Of a stretch of 64,000 nucleotides of DNA, positions 47,820 to 56,653 are shown one piece after another (position 1 is the first letter of the stretch; each line of letters begins with the position of its first letter). The stretch comes from a bacterium (GTDB lineage: Bacteria; Armatimonadota; UBA5829). The stretch is from the NCBI GenBank assembly GCA_021371935.1, contig JAJFVF010000009.1:67803-131802 (forward strand). The letters run 5' to 3'. The position numbers and the translations under genes are program-made. The notes under the pieces are model-generated. The model was not told the DNA's origin. It did not search any database and saw only the letters and a list, made by a program, of their open reading frames with translations.

Positions 47820-50054
47820 TCAATCGAGCTCAACAGCTATGAGTTCATACACACCCAGCTTGGGCAGCGTAAACTCAGCCCATTCGCCATGACGAGTAAT
47901 GGGCAAGTCCAGTCCTGCACGCAGTGCCTTTGCATTCTTGACGGACCGGCATCTGAGACGAATGGATATGTCGGACATTGGGATTATCTGTGTAATCGGC
48001 CTCTGCATATCTCCTGTGTTGTTGACCAGATGGATGAGAATTTTGTCTTTTTGAGCATTCCAGCGCGGCTCGATCTCCACTGTAGAAGGACAGTCCGTCT
48101 CAATCATCATTGGGTCGACGTGCGCCCATCGTATAATATCTGCGATCAGATTCTCATAGTCCGGCAGTTTGAACTTGTTATAGAAGTTACCCACCAGCGA
48201 CGGTATATACACTGTCTGCCCCATGCCATATGAGCCGACAATAAGCGCAGGGTTGTCGGATTCTCCCTTGAGAGGTGTATATAGCGCCCCAACTTCATTC
48301 ATGAACACGGACGGCACAAATGCATCTTTAGATGCTGCGCATTTCAGGCTGTATGTAGGTCTGGCAGTCAGTTGGTTGATCGTGAATTTTTCGGTGGCTG
48401 GATGAGTCTGCTTTATGCGGACATACTCCTCCATGGATACCGGTTTCATCATGCCTTTGATGCATTCTACACCCAATAGACCGAACAGAGGGTTTGCTTT
48501 TCTGGGCTGGCCGGTCTCATCGTATGCTCCAGTCTCGAACTCTGCCACGACCGATCCACCGTTTTGCACGAACTGCTTAATGAACTCTATCTGTCCGTCC
48601 GATAAACATGCCGAGTTGGGCAAGATCAGCACTCGATATGCCGAGAGCCTCTCAGGCGAGATGTCCTTGTCCAATACCACATCGAATGGAATATGCGACC
48701 TCGTCATAGCCAGGAAATAACCCAGATATGACCCATCGAGTGCCGTCTCGCATATGCTCTTTCGCTTATTCCAGTCAACGCTCTCTTCGCCCGAACCCAT
48801 ATCCACCAACAGGTTTTCTTCTCTGCCGGAACCGGCTTCTCCATAGAACCCGGCGAGCCTGGATACGTAGTATGTGCTCGTCTGTGATGAGCTGAGCAGC
48901 GCAATATCCGCACATGAATGCGTGTTTGTGTAATGCTCTTCATGCCCGGCAAGAAAACTCTGCATCTCATTGATCGGTTCAATCGCGGCCTCACGGCTGT
49001 GTTCCAGCGCATAATTGACGATGGCAAACCAAGGATTGGCTCCACATGCAACGGTCTGCGCAATAGCCAGTTCGGCTTCAATTTTCGAGAGTGGGATATA
49101 GTGCCAGGAGCCGAGCATGTGATGACTGAAAACGACCGCCGGTTTATCTCCCGCAGTCATATATTTGGCCGTAGCCGCCCATGGCAGCAGCATCTGCTCA
49201 TGAGGTCCGGGATGGAAAAATGCCTCAGCGCCATTAAAGTCTTCATAGTCGCCGACACTGTCGATGCTGCGCGCGAACCTCCATGTCCCGGCCTGCCAAC
49301 AGCCTGCATTCAGAAAGACGACTCCTTCCGGGTTTACCGACCTTACAGCCTTTCTGCAGTCTTCAAGGAACCTTGCGAGCGAGCGCGAGCGGAACTCGAC
49401 AAAGTGTATCCAGTCCAGGTCGGACCAGTCCTCCCGGGTTGGAATATCGGTCTTGTATTCGGATGCGAATTGCCGACGGCAGCTCTCGCAGTAGCAGCAT
49501 CCGGGGAAAAATATGGGACCATCGAGGAAGACGCCATCTATGCCGGTAGCCATGGCTTCACGAATCATCTCAAATGCCCAGTCTCTCCAGGCGCCGTTTA
49601 CGCAGAAAGTTGAGCCACTGCCATATAGAGGAAACTGTCTGCCGTATGATGCGCCGTCGGCTGTTTTCTGTTCCCAATCGGGGTGAGCATCCGCAAAATC
49701 ATATGCGAACCAGTGCATATTCAGATACGCGATCAGGTTAATTCCGTATTTTTTTGCAAATGGCAGATACTCTCGGACAAAGTCAAAATCGCCGAGTGGT
49801 GGGTATTTTTCAAACTTGGGAGAATTGAATGTTGTCTGATATCCGAGACCGGGAGCCATGCCCGGTGTGCCGACAATCCACTCGCAGTTGATATGCCATT
49901 CATTCCGCCTGCTGCGAGCCAGTGCATCGAGATCTGTATTTTTGATCCGGCTCAAATCATCACCGAAATAATCCAGGCGCATCATGCGGACCGGCCGCTG
50001 ATGCCATTTTAACTCATTAACCACAGTAATTCCTCCTGCTGGGTTTGAAAACAA
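47820..50054 (-). CDS. GH42-like/GHL-type putative glycoside hydrolase: a TIM barrel with a Cys cluster, followed by a class-I glutamine-amidotransferase-like domain.
   Basis: GIDGVFLDGPIFFPGCCYCESCRRQF (a Cys cluster like the GH42 zinc site); YRVLILPNSACLSDGQIEFIKQFVQNGGSVVAEFETGAYDETG resembles the GH42 trimerisation domain. Confidence 0.5.
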   Translation of the reverse strand: MFSNPAGGITVVNELKWHQRPVRMMRLDYFGDDLSRIKNTDLDALARSRRNEWHINCEWIVGTPGMAPGLGYQTTFNSPKFEKYPPLGDFDFVREYLPFAKKYGINLIAYLNMHWFAYDFADAHPDWEQKTADGASYGRQFPLYGSGSTFCVNGAWRDWAFEMIREAMATGIDGVFLDGPIFFPGCCYCESCRRQFASEYKTDIPTREDWSDLDWIHFVEFRSRSLARFLEDCRKAVRSVNPEGVVFLNAGCWQAGTWRFARSIDSVGDYEDFNGAEAFFHPGPHEQMLLPWAATAKYMTAGDKPAVVFSHHMLGSWHYIPLSKIEAELAIAQTVACGANPWFAIVNYALEHSREAAIEPINEMQSFLAGHEEHYTNTHSCADIALLSSSQTSTYYVSRLAGFYGEAGSGREENLLVDMGSGEESVDWNKRKSICETALDGSYLGYFLAMTRSHIPFDVVLDKDISPERLSAYRVLILPNSACLSDGQIEFIKQFVQNGGSVVAEFETGAYDETGQPRKANPLFGLLGVECIKGMMKPVSMEEYVRIKQTHPATEKFTINQLTARPTYSLKCAASKDAFVPSVFMNEVGALYTPLKGESDNPALIVGSYGMGQTVYIPSLVGNFYNKFKLPDYENLIADIIRWAHVDPMMIETDCPSTVEIEPRWNAQKDKILIHLVNNTGDMQRPITQIIPMSDISIRLRCRSVKNAKALRAGLDLPITRHGEWAEFTLPKLGVYELIAVELD

Positions 50055-50204
50055 GCATAACAGAGCCTGGCGGCGAGCGCAACCGAAAAACGTTCATATA
50101 ATTCCTAAATGTACACTGTACCCATGCCGAATCCATTGCCAACATACTCCGGCTGCAGTAATATATAACTCGCTGGCCACTATATTGAAAGGGGTTGCGT
50201 TCGG

Positions 50205-51260
50205 ATGCAAGACGACGATTTCAAACTGACTTCACTTTCGCATGGAGCGGGCTGCGCGTGTAAACTTGCCCCTCTGCAGTTGTCGCAAATACTGAAACAG
50301 ATGCCGCTGGTCAGTGATCCGAATGTGCTGGTGGATGTGGGCACATCGGACGATGCCGCAGTTTATAAGATATCGGACGATATTGCAGCGGTCCTAACTC
50401 TGGACTTTTTTACGCCCATTGTCGACGACCCGTATGAGTTCGGCAGGATCGCCGCCACCAATGCCATATCGGATATATACGCCATGGGCGGCAGGCCAGT
50501 TGTTGCTCTCAACATTGTTGCGTATCCCGGCCGCACACGCGCTCTGGACAAGCTGGAGCTTATCTTGAAGGGTGGTGCTGACCAGGCGACAAAGGCGGGT
50601 GTGAGTATAGTCGGTGGTCACTCCGTCGATGACCCCGAGCCGAAGTATGGCCTTTGCGTTATGGGGCTGATACACCCTAATGAGATAATGACCAACAAGG
50701 GCGCGAAAGCCGGAGACAAACTTATCTTGACCAAGCCGATAGGTGTTGGGATCATTACTACCGCGATCAAGCATAATGCAGTCTCGGACGAGGTGATAGC
50801 GCGCGGCATAGATGTAATGACCACGTTCAACGGCCCTGCGTCTGAAGTCGCCAGGCGCATCGGCTGCCATGCTTGTACTGATGTCACCGGGTTCAGCCTA
50901 CTGGGTCACCTTCACGAGATGACTGAGGCGAGCTGTGTTGGCGCAAAGCTGTATTATAGCAAGATGCCGTTGATCGAGGGTATCCAGGGTCTGCTGGATG
51001 AGGATATGGTGCCCGGCGGGACCTATAGAAACCTCGACTTTTTGGATCACTGCTCCTGCCTTGAGTGGGGTAATAATATTGATGAGCGCAAGCAGCTCAC
51101 TCTGGCCGACCCTCAGACATCTGGCGGGCTGTTGATAAGCGTTTCGCCCGATAAGGCTGATGACATGCTCGGAGCATTGCATGCAGCCGATGTTTCGGAT
51201 GCGGCCATTATTGGCGAAATCATACCTGATTCCGGCTGTAAGATTCATATCGTCGAATAA
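50205..51260 (+). CDS. selD: Selenide, water dikinase (selenophosphate synthetase), Cys-type.
   Basis: SHGAGCACK N-terminal motif; DAAVY; DFFTPIVDDPYEFGRIAATNAISDIYAMGG; close match to SelD throughout. Confidence 0.85.
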   Translation: MQDDDFKLTSLSHGAGCACKLAPLQLSQILKQMPLVSDPNVLVDVGTSDDAAVYKISDDIAAVLTLDFFTPIVDDPYEFGRIAATNAISDIYAMGGRPVVALNIVAYPGRTRALDKLELILKGGADQATKAGVSIVGGHSVDDPEPKYGLCVMGLIHPNEIMTNKGAKAGDKLILTKPIGVGIITTAIKHNAVSDEVIARGIDVMTTFNGPASEVARRIGCHACTDVTGFSLLGHLHEMTEASCVGAKLYYSKMPLIEGIQGLLDEDMVPGGTYRNLDFLDHCSCLEWGNNIDERKQLTLADPQTSGGLLISVSPDKADDMLGALHAADVSDAAIIGEIIPDSGCKIHIVE

Positions 51261-51279
51261 ACGATGGAGGACTCAGCGT

Positions 51280-51471
51280 ATGAAGGCACGCGTGATAGAA
51301 GAGGAGTGCATTGGAGACGGATCGTGCGCGGACACCTGTCCTGAGGTCTTTGAGATGCGCGATGATGGAGTCGCTCATGTCATAGCCGATCCTGTCCCAC
51401 CCGAAGCGGAGGAAAAATGCCGCCAGGCGTGTGAAGACTGTCCTGTGGACGCTATTGTAGTTGAAGAATAA
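51280..51471 (+). CDS. Small ferredoxin with a single cluster and CxxDxxC...CP ligands.
   Basis: MKARVIEEECIGDGSCADTCPEVFEM...CEDCPVDAIVVEE. The ATG at 51280 is preferred over the longer track ORF, which overlaps selD. Confidence 0.6.
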   Translation: MKARVIEEECIGDGSCADTCPEVFEMRDDGVAHVIADPVPPEAEEKCRQACEDCPVDAIVVEE

Positions 51472-51480
51472 GGACAGAGT

Positions 51481-51515
51481 TTGGTGCTGCTCATGTCATA
51501 ATGGGCAGCACCAAA
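51481..51515. terminator. Hairpin (ttggtgctgc-N15-gcagcaccaa) between the convergent ferredoxin and phosphomannomutase genes.
   Basis: Seen in sequence; weak U-tract. Confidence 0.35.
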
Positions 51516-51531
51516 GTGTAGGTATAATTGT

Positions 51532-52896
51532 TTAGCTTCTGATCTCGCCGAGCAGCTCTTTGACTTTCTCTTCCATCTGCTCTCTGGTCTTGGCTTCCAG
51601 GTTGAGCCTGATCAGAGGTTCGGTATTGGATGGTCTCACGTTGAACCACCACTCGTCAAACTCGGCTTTATATCCGTCGATCTCAGTCACCCGCTTTGCC
51701 ACCGGACCATATTTGGCCTTGAGATTGGCAAGCACTGCTGGGATGTCTTTTACTTCCGAATTGATCTCTCCGCTGTGATAATATTTTCTGAGCGGGCTTA
51801 CTATTTCTGACATCGGCTTGCCCTCTTCCAGCAGTAGTTTAAGCATATTGAGCATCGCCAGGTCACCGTTATCGGTGGTGTAGAAATCGCTGAAATAGTA
51901 GTGGCTTGACAGTTCTCCGGCAAAGTATCCGCCCTCTTCGCGCATCTGCTTCTTGATGAGACCATGGCCGACTCTGCACTCGGTCGCCTTACCTCCGGCT
52001 TTTTCTATCTCTTCGGGCACTATCCAACTCGACCTGAGGTCATACAAGATCTCTGCGCCGGGCTTTTTCTTAAGCATCTCACGTGCGATAAGCGCTGTGA
52101 CAAAGTCGCCTGATATAATCTGGCCTTTCTCGTCAACAAACGCCACGCGGTCGCCGTCCCCGTCAAATGCGATTCCAATGTCGGCTTTTTCATCCACCAC
52201 GCGGTCGCGCAGCGCAAGCAGCGTCTCAGTCTTGAGAGGGTTAGCTTCATGGTTGGGGAAGCTCCCGTCCAGTCTCCAGTAGAGTCGAATAGGGTCGCTG
52301 CCGACCTTCTTCATGATCTCGGGCAATATATAGCCGCCCATGCCGTTTGCGCAGTCGATTACCAGTTTGAGGTCGCCGAAACTGCGGATGCCGGTGTTTT
52401 CCAGCACGGCTTCCGTATATTCATTCAGGACATTTTCCTGGGCAAGGATGGTTCCTTTTTTTGCAGGCTCGGTAAAGTTGCCTTCGCATGCCAGCTTCCA
52501 AAGGTCTTCATTGCTTATGATTGCTATGCTTGGCACGGCTCCCTTGCCGGTCATTTTATAGCCGTTATATTCAGCTGGGTTATGCGATGCGGTGCACATA
52601 ACTCCCGCGTCCGCATTCAGGTGATTGACCGCGAAATAATACATCGGTGTGGAAGTAAGCCCCACCGGCACAACGTCCGCTCCCTGGTCGATCAGTCCTC
52701 TGATTGTAGCGGACTCGAATGTTTCGGCAGACTCACGCATATCATGGCCTATCACGACCCTCTTGCAACGCAGAGCCGAAACAAAAGCTCTGGCAATGCG
52801 ATATGCGTCTTCATCATCTATCTCCTGAGGGTAAAGTCCTCTGATGTCATATGCTTTGAAAATACCTTTCTTTATATCCTTGTGTCCAAACGTCAT
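51532..52896 (-). CDS. Phosphomannomutase/phosphoglucomutase (alpha-D-phosphohexomutase).
   Basis: FKAYDIRG N-terminal motif and the TASHNPAEYNGYK active-site serine loop. AAGGAGG RBS before the ATG at 52896. Confidence 0.8.
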   Translation of the reverse strand: MTFGHKDIKKGIFKAYDIRGLYPQEIDDEDAYRIARAFVSALRCKRVVIGHDMRESAETFESATIRGLIDQGADVVPVGLTSTPMYYFAVNHLNADAGVMCTASHNPAEYNGYKMTGKGAVPSIAIISNEDLWKLACEGNFTEPAKKGTILAQENVLNEYTEAVLENTGIRSFGDLKLVIDCANGMGGYILPEIMKKVGSDPIRLYWRLDGSFPNHEANPLKTETLLALRDRVVDEKADIGIAFDGDGDRVAFVDEKGQIISGDFVTALIAREMLKKKPGAEILYDLRSSWIVPEEIEKAGGKATECRVGHGLIKKQMREEGGYFAGELSSHYYFSDFYTTDNGDLAMLNMLKLLLEEGKPMSEIVSPLRKYYHSGEINSEVKDIPAVLANLKAKYGPVAKRVTEIDGYKAEFDEWWFNVRPSNTEPLIRLNLEAKTREQMEEKVKELLGEIRS

Positions 52897-53006
52897 CTGC
52901 AGACCTCCTTGAAAAGCCAAAAGATTATACCATGCCGGCGGCTATTGTAATTAATCACATTGAATGCTAGTCTAGTTATTGACCAAATACCAAGAGGGGT
53001 TTAGTG

Positions 53007-53666
53007 ATGAAATCTGTTCTTTTTGTATGGGGCGGATGGGCTGGCCATGAGCCGAAACAGTGTGTGGATGTCATTGCACCCATTATGGAAGCAGAAGGGT
53101 TGCATGCAGAGGTCTCCGATTCATTGGATTCGTTTCTGGATAGTGACAAGCTGCGCTCATTCAGCCTGATTGTCCCGGTTTGGACCATGGGTTCCTTGAC
53201 CCGTGAGCAGGAAACTGGTCTATTGAGTGCAGTCAAGAGCGGAGTCGGCATTGCAGGCTGGCATGGCGGCATGGGCGATTCTTTCAGGAACAGTGCCGCC
53301 TATCAGTTCATGGTCGGCGGCCAGTGGGTAGCGCACCCTGGAAATACTATAGATTACACAGTCAATATTACAAACCACCGAGACCCCGTCACGGCAGGCA
53401 TTCCCGACTTCAATATGCATTCAGAGCAGTATTACATGCATGTCGATCCTTGTAATGTAGTTCTCGCGACAACAACATTTTCCGGCAAGCAGGGTGATGT
53501 TCCCTGGATCAAGGGATGTGTAATGCCAGTTGTCTGGAAGAGGATGTATGGTGATGGTAGAGTTTTCTATAGTTCACTCGGGCATATCGCATCCGATTTC
53601 GATCTTCCACAGGTAAGAGATATCCAAAAGCGCGGCATGCTTTGGGCAGCGAACGAGACTTCATAG
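53007..53666 (+). CDS. ThuA-like (trehalose-utilisation) class-I glutamine-amidotransferase-fold protein.
   Basis: [15 protein letters not shown]..., IAGWHGG and VFYSSLGH motifs. Confidence 0.55.
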   Translation: MKSVLFVWGGWAGHEPKQCVDVIAPIMEAEGLHAEVSDSLDSFLDSDKLRSFSLIVPVWTMGSLTREQETGLLSAVKSGVGIAGWHGGMGDSFRNSAAYQFMVGGQWVAHPGNTIDYTVNITNHRDPVTAGIPDFNMHSEQYYMHVDPCNVVLATTTFSGKQGDVPWIKGCVMPVVWKRMYGDGRVFYSSLGHIASDFDLPQVRDIQKRGMLWAANETS

Positions 53667-53680
53667 GAGATAGAGCTTAT

Positions 53681-54760
53681 ATGCAAAACCCAACAAAAAT
53701 CGGCCTCATCGGCTGTGGAAATATCAGCGGCATATACTTTACCAACGGTAAGGCGCTTGAGGCGATAGATATAGCTGCATGCGCCGACCTTGCCATAGAG
53801 CGAGCTTCGGCAAAGGCTGAGGAGTTCGGCTGCACTGCCATGACAGTCGATCAGATCCTAGCTGATCCTGAGATAGAGATAATACTCAACCTGACGATTC
53901 CCAAGGCTCATGCCGATGTTGCGGTTGCCGCGCTTGAGGCCGGCAAGTCTGTATATGGCGAAAAGCCTCTGGCGATAACCCGTGAAGATGGCAAAAAAAT
54001 ACTCGCGCTCGCAAAAGAGAAAGAGCTGCACGTGGGTTGTGCTCCCGACACGTTTATGGGCGGAGGAATCCAGACATGTATAAAACTGATAAATGACGGT
54101 GCAATAGGTACTCCCGTTGCCGCTACTGCATTTATGACGACTCATGGCCCCGAGAGATGGCATCCCGACCCGGAGTTTTTCTATAAGACCGGTGGCGGAC
54201 CTATGTTCGACATGGGACCGTATTATCTCACCGCTCTGATTGCCATGCTGGGAGGTGTGGACCGTGTGACGGGCTCGACGCAGATATCTTTTCCTGAGAG
54301 GACAATCACAAGCGAGCCGAAAAAAGGCACCAAGATCAAGGTCGATGTGCCCACTCATATCGCGGGGCTTATGGATTTCGAGTGCGGCGCAGTCGGCACG
54401 ATCATGACCAGCTTTGACGTTTGGGCAGCCGAGCTTCCGCGAATAGAGATATACGGTTCGGAGGGGACTCTGAGCGTGCCCGATCCCAACAAATTCGGCG
54501 GTCCTGTGAGGTTGTTCAAACCCGGTGACGACTGGACAGAGGTTCCGCTCACTCATGGTTATGCCGAAAACAGCAGAGGCATCGGTCTGGCGGATATGGC
54601 CGGGGCAATTCGTTCGGGCGAAGCGCACAGGGCAAGCGGAGAGATGGCCTATCATGTTTTGGATATAATGCATGCGTTTAATGACAGCTCCAAGTTGGGC
54701 AAGCATATCAAGCTGGAGAGCAGATGCGCCAAGCCCAAACCTCTGCCCATAGACCTCTGA
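53681..54760 (+). CDS. Gfo/Idh/MocA-family NAD(P)-dependent oxidoreductase (ThuB-like partner of ThuA).
   Basis: Rossmann motif [14 protein letters not shown] and the EKPLA motif. Confidence 0.7.
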   Translation: MQNPTKIGLIGCGNISGIYFTNGKALEAIDIAACADLAIERASAKAEEFGCTAMTVDQILADPEIEIILNLTIPKAHADVAVAALEAGKSVYGEKPLAITREDGKKILALAKEKELHVGCAPDTFMGGGIQTCIKLINDGAIGTPVAATAFMTTHGPERWHPDPEFFYKTGGGPMFDMGPYYLTALIAMLGGVDRVTGSTQISFPERTITSEPKKGTKIKVDVPTHIAGLMDFECGAVGTIMTSFDVWAAELPRIEIYGSEGTLSVPDPNKFGGPVRLFKPGDDWTEVPLTHGYAENSRGIGLADMAGAIRSGEAHRASGEMAYHVLDIMHAFNDSSKLGKHIKLESRCAKPKPLPIDL

Positions 54761-54933
54761 TTGATAGAGTTCAGTTATCTGAAATTTTGGCTCAGCAGGA
54801 GCTTCGCCCTCCCAATATGAGCTTTCCGGGAGGGCGAGGTTCCCACCGAGCCATATTTGCTCTCGTAAAACTGAACTGTATACTCTGATATGATATACTT
54901 GACGAGTAATAATAAGGATGTTCGGAGAAGTAA

Positions 54934-55443
54934 ATGCTCAATCTTACCGCAAAAGATATAATGACGCGAGATGTCGTCACGGTTCATAAAGGCTCTTCCA
55001 TAGAAGAGGCTCTTCGTCTGATGGCCTGCAACAACATCAGCGGCCTGCCTGTAGTTGACGCCGACGGTGATCTTCAAGGGATCATTACCGAGAGCGATCT
55101 GCTGCTCAAAGGCCAGATATCTCTGCCAGATGCCGTTGCGCACAAAAACAGCCTGTTTGCGCCGCATCCCGATGGAGTGGAAGAGGCGTATCGACGTTCG
55201 CAGGCCAGGCTGGTCGAGGATGCCATGACAAAAAGGGTCCTGACTTTCCTGGAGGACTCGATAGTCAGCGATATCGCGCGTGAGATGATCGAGCATGCAG
55301 TAAACAGGGTGCCGATATTGCGAGGCCGCAGGGTAGTCGGCATAATAAGCAGAAAAGATATCATCCAGGCGCTGGCTAAAGCGTCGAACGGCTTTGACGA
55401 GTGTCCCGGCAAATCGCACAAAGGTCAGCTTATAGAGTTATGA
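54934..55443 (+). CDS. CBS-domain pair protein.
   Basis: DIMTRDVVTVHKGSSIEEALRLMACNNISGLPVVDADGDLQGIITESDLL, plus a second CBS domain. Confidence 0.7.
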   Translation: MLNLTAKDIMTRDVVTVHKGSSIEEALRLMACNNISGLPVVDADGDLQGIITESDLLLKGQISLPDAVAHKNSLFAPHPDGVEEAYRRSQARLVEDAMTKRVLTFLEDSIVSDIAREMIEHAVNRVPILRGRRVVGIISRKDIIQALAKASNGFDECPGKSHKGQLIEL

Positions 55444-55868
55444 GCGGCGAAGTAAAAACCGTCCTTGCAATCGACCCCGGCAGCATGAAATGTGGTGCGG
55501 CGGTTGTCGCCTGTAAGGACGGTTCAGCGCCCGATGTTGTCCATCACGCTGTAATTGAGACTGACCGGCTGGGCGAGTCCGTAGCCGATCTGGAGAAGCG
55601 TTTTCACCCGGATTTAATAGTTATCGGCAACGGCACGACATCATCGCAGGCCGTGTGCGTGGTCGATATGGTAAGTGATCTGCCAGTTGAGTTGGTAGAC
55701 GAGAAGTTCACCTCAGAGCTTGCGCGCAAGATATATTTTAAGGACAACCCTCCTCGTGGGCTGCGCAGGCTGATCCCGATCTCACTTCAGACCCCTGCTC
55801 GTCCCTATGACGATTATGTAGCAATAATTCTTGCCGAAAGGTACTTTCGATCAGAGGGTAAAAAATAG
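55440..55868 (+). CDS. YqgF/RuvX-like RNase H-fold nuclease (putative pre-16S rRNA nuclease / Holliday-junction-resolvase-like).
   Basis: VLAIDPGSMKCGAAVV, VDEKFTSELA and DDYVAIILAERYF motifs. The ATG overlaps the CBS gene stop as ATGA. Confidence 0.5.
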   Translation: MSGEVKTVLAIDPGSMKCGAAVVACKDGSAPDVVHHAVIETDRLGESVADLEKRFHPDLIVIGNGTTSSQAVCVVDMVSDLPVELVDEKFTSELARKIYFKDNPPRGLRRLIPISLQTPARPYDDYVAIILAERYFRSEGKK

Positions 55869-55913
55869 CCCTTGCGGGTAAAGCAGTTCGCGGATATAAT
55901 CCGGGTATCCAAG

Positions 55914-55944
55914 AGCGTTATTCACTAGGAACGTGAATAACGCT
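55914..55944. promoter_or_regulatory. 12-7-12 palindrome AGCGTTATTCAC-taggaac-GTGAATAACGCT between a TATAAT box and the RBS of the J-domain gene. It is the second copy of the 37095-37158 element.
   Basis: Seen in sequence. Confidence 0.35.
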
Positions 55945-55972
55945 GGTTAGTATCGGCTGGGGGAGAGACTCA

Positions 55973-56596
55973 ATGCAGACCGATTATTATCAGTTGCTTG
56001 GAGTAAACCGGCAAGTGACGCATGATGGACTCAAGCGCGCATTTCGCGCCCGCCTCCTCGACGTCCATCCAGATGTCAACCATGCCGACTGCAATGCATC
56101 GGATGTCACCCGCCAGGTAATTGAAGCATATCACGTATTAGCCGATCCTCTCAGCAGGTGCCGATACGATATGACCTTTATAAAGCCTCCGCCGCCGATT
56201 GTCGCGCTCGACGGAGTAATTGTTTCCCGGTTTGCAATGTCATTTTTGTGCACATTCAAGAAGCTCATTGCGGGCGTAATGCTCATTATCGGAGCCATGG
56301 TGCTTATGTGGGCAATCGTGCGGGACAAGCCTCCGGTATTTCGTGCAAAGCTCATAGACCAGCACATCAGCGCACCTGCGCGACCGTTCAAGGATGTAAT
56401 CGAGCCTCAATCGCCCGATTATCTTGAATGGTATGGCGCACGCGAATACAGATTATTTCCCGCAAACAGGTGGGCAGCAGCCAAGGTAGTTGAGACATAT
56501 TCAAAAGCAGCACGAATAGCAGCAAGCGATGGTGACAAGCAGTCCCTGGCATTTTACCGCAACTCCCTCATACAGATCCGCAGCGATGGTTTTTAG
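55973..56596 (+). CDS. J-domain (DnaJ-like) membrane protein.
   Basis: DYYQLLGV...HPDVN (HPD motif) and one TM helix. Confidence 0.65.
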   Translation: MQTDYYQLLGVNRQVTHDGLKRAFRARLLDVHPDVNHADCNASDVTRQVIEAYHVLADPLSRCRYDMTFIKPPPPIVALDGVIVSRFAMSFLCTFKKLIAGVMLIIGAMVLMWAIVRDKPPVFRAKLIDQHISAPARPFKDVIEPQSPDYLEWYGAREYRLFPANRWAAAKVVETYSKAARIAASDGDKQSLAFYRNSLIQIRSDGF

Positions 56597-56653
56597 TCCT
56601 CAGGCAAAGGAATTGCAGTACGGCTCGTGGAATCCATAATCGTGAGTCAGCAA

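Noticed and set aside
48918-49613. 231 aa plus-strand ORF inside the GH42-like gene. Similar antisense ORFs occur at 52249-52950, 53858-54706, 54775-55419 and 62461-63189.
   Set aside because: All are antisense to genes with clear family motifs, and none has an RBS or a recognisable domain.
51160-51279. Longer ferredoxin ORF that starts inside selD.
   Set aside because: The N-terminal extension overlaps the selD 3' end out of frame. The ATG at 51280 gives the canonical ferredoxin length, of about 60 aa.
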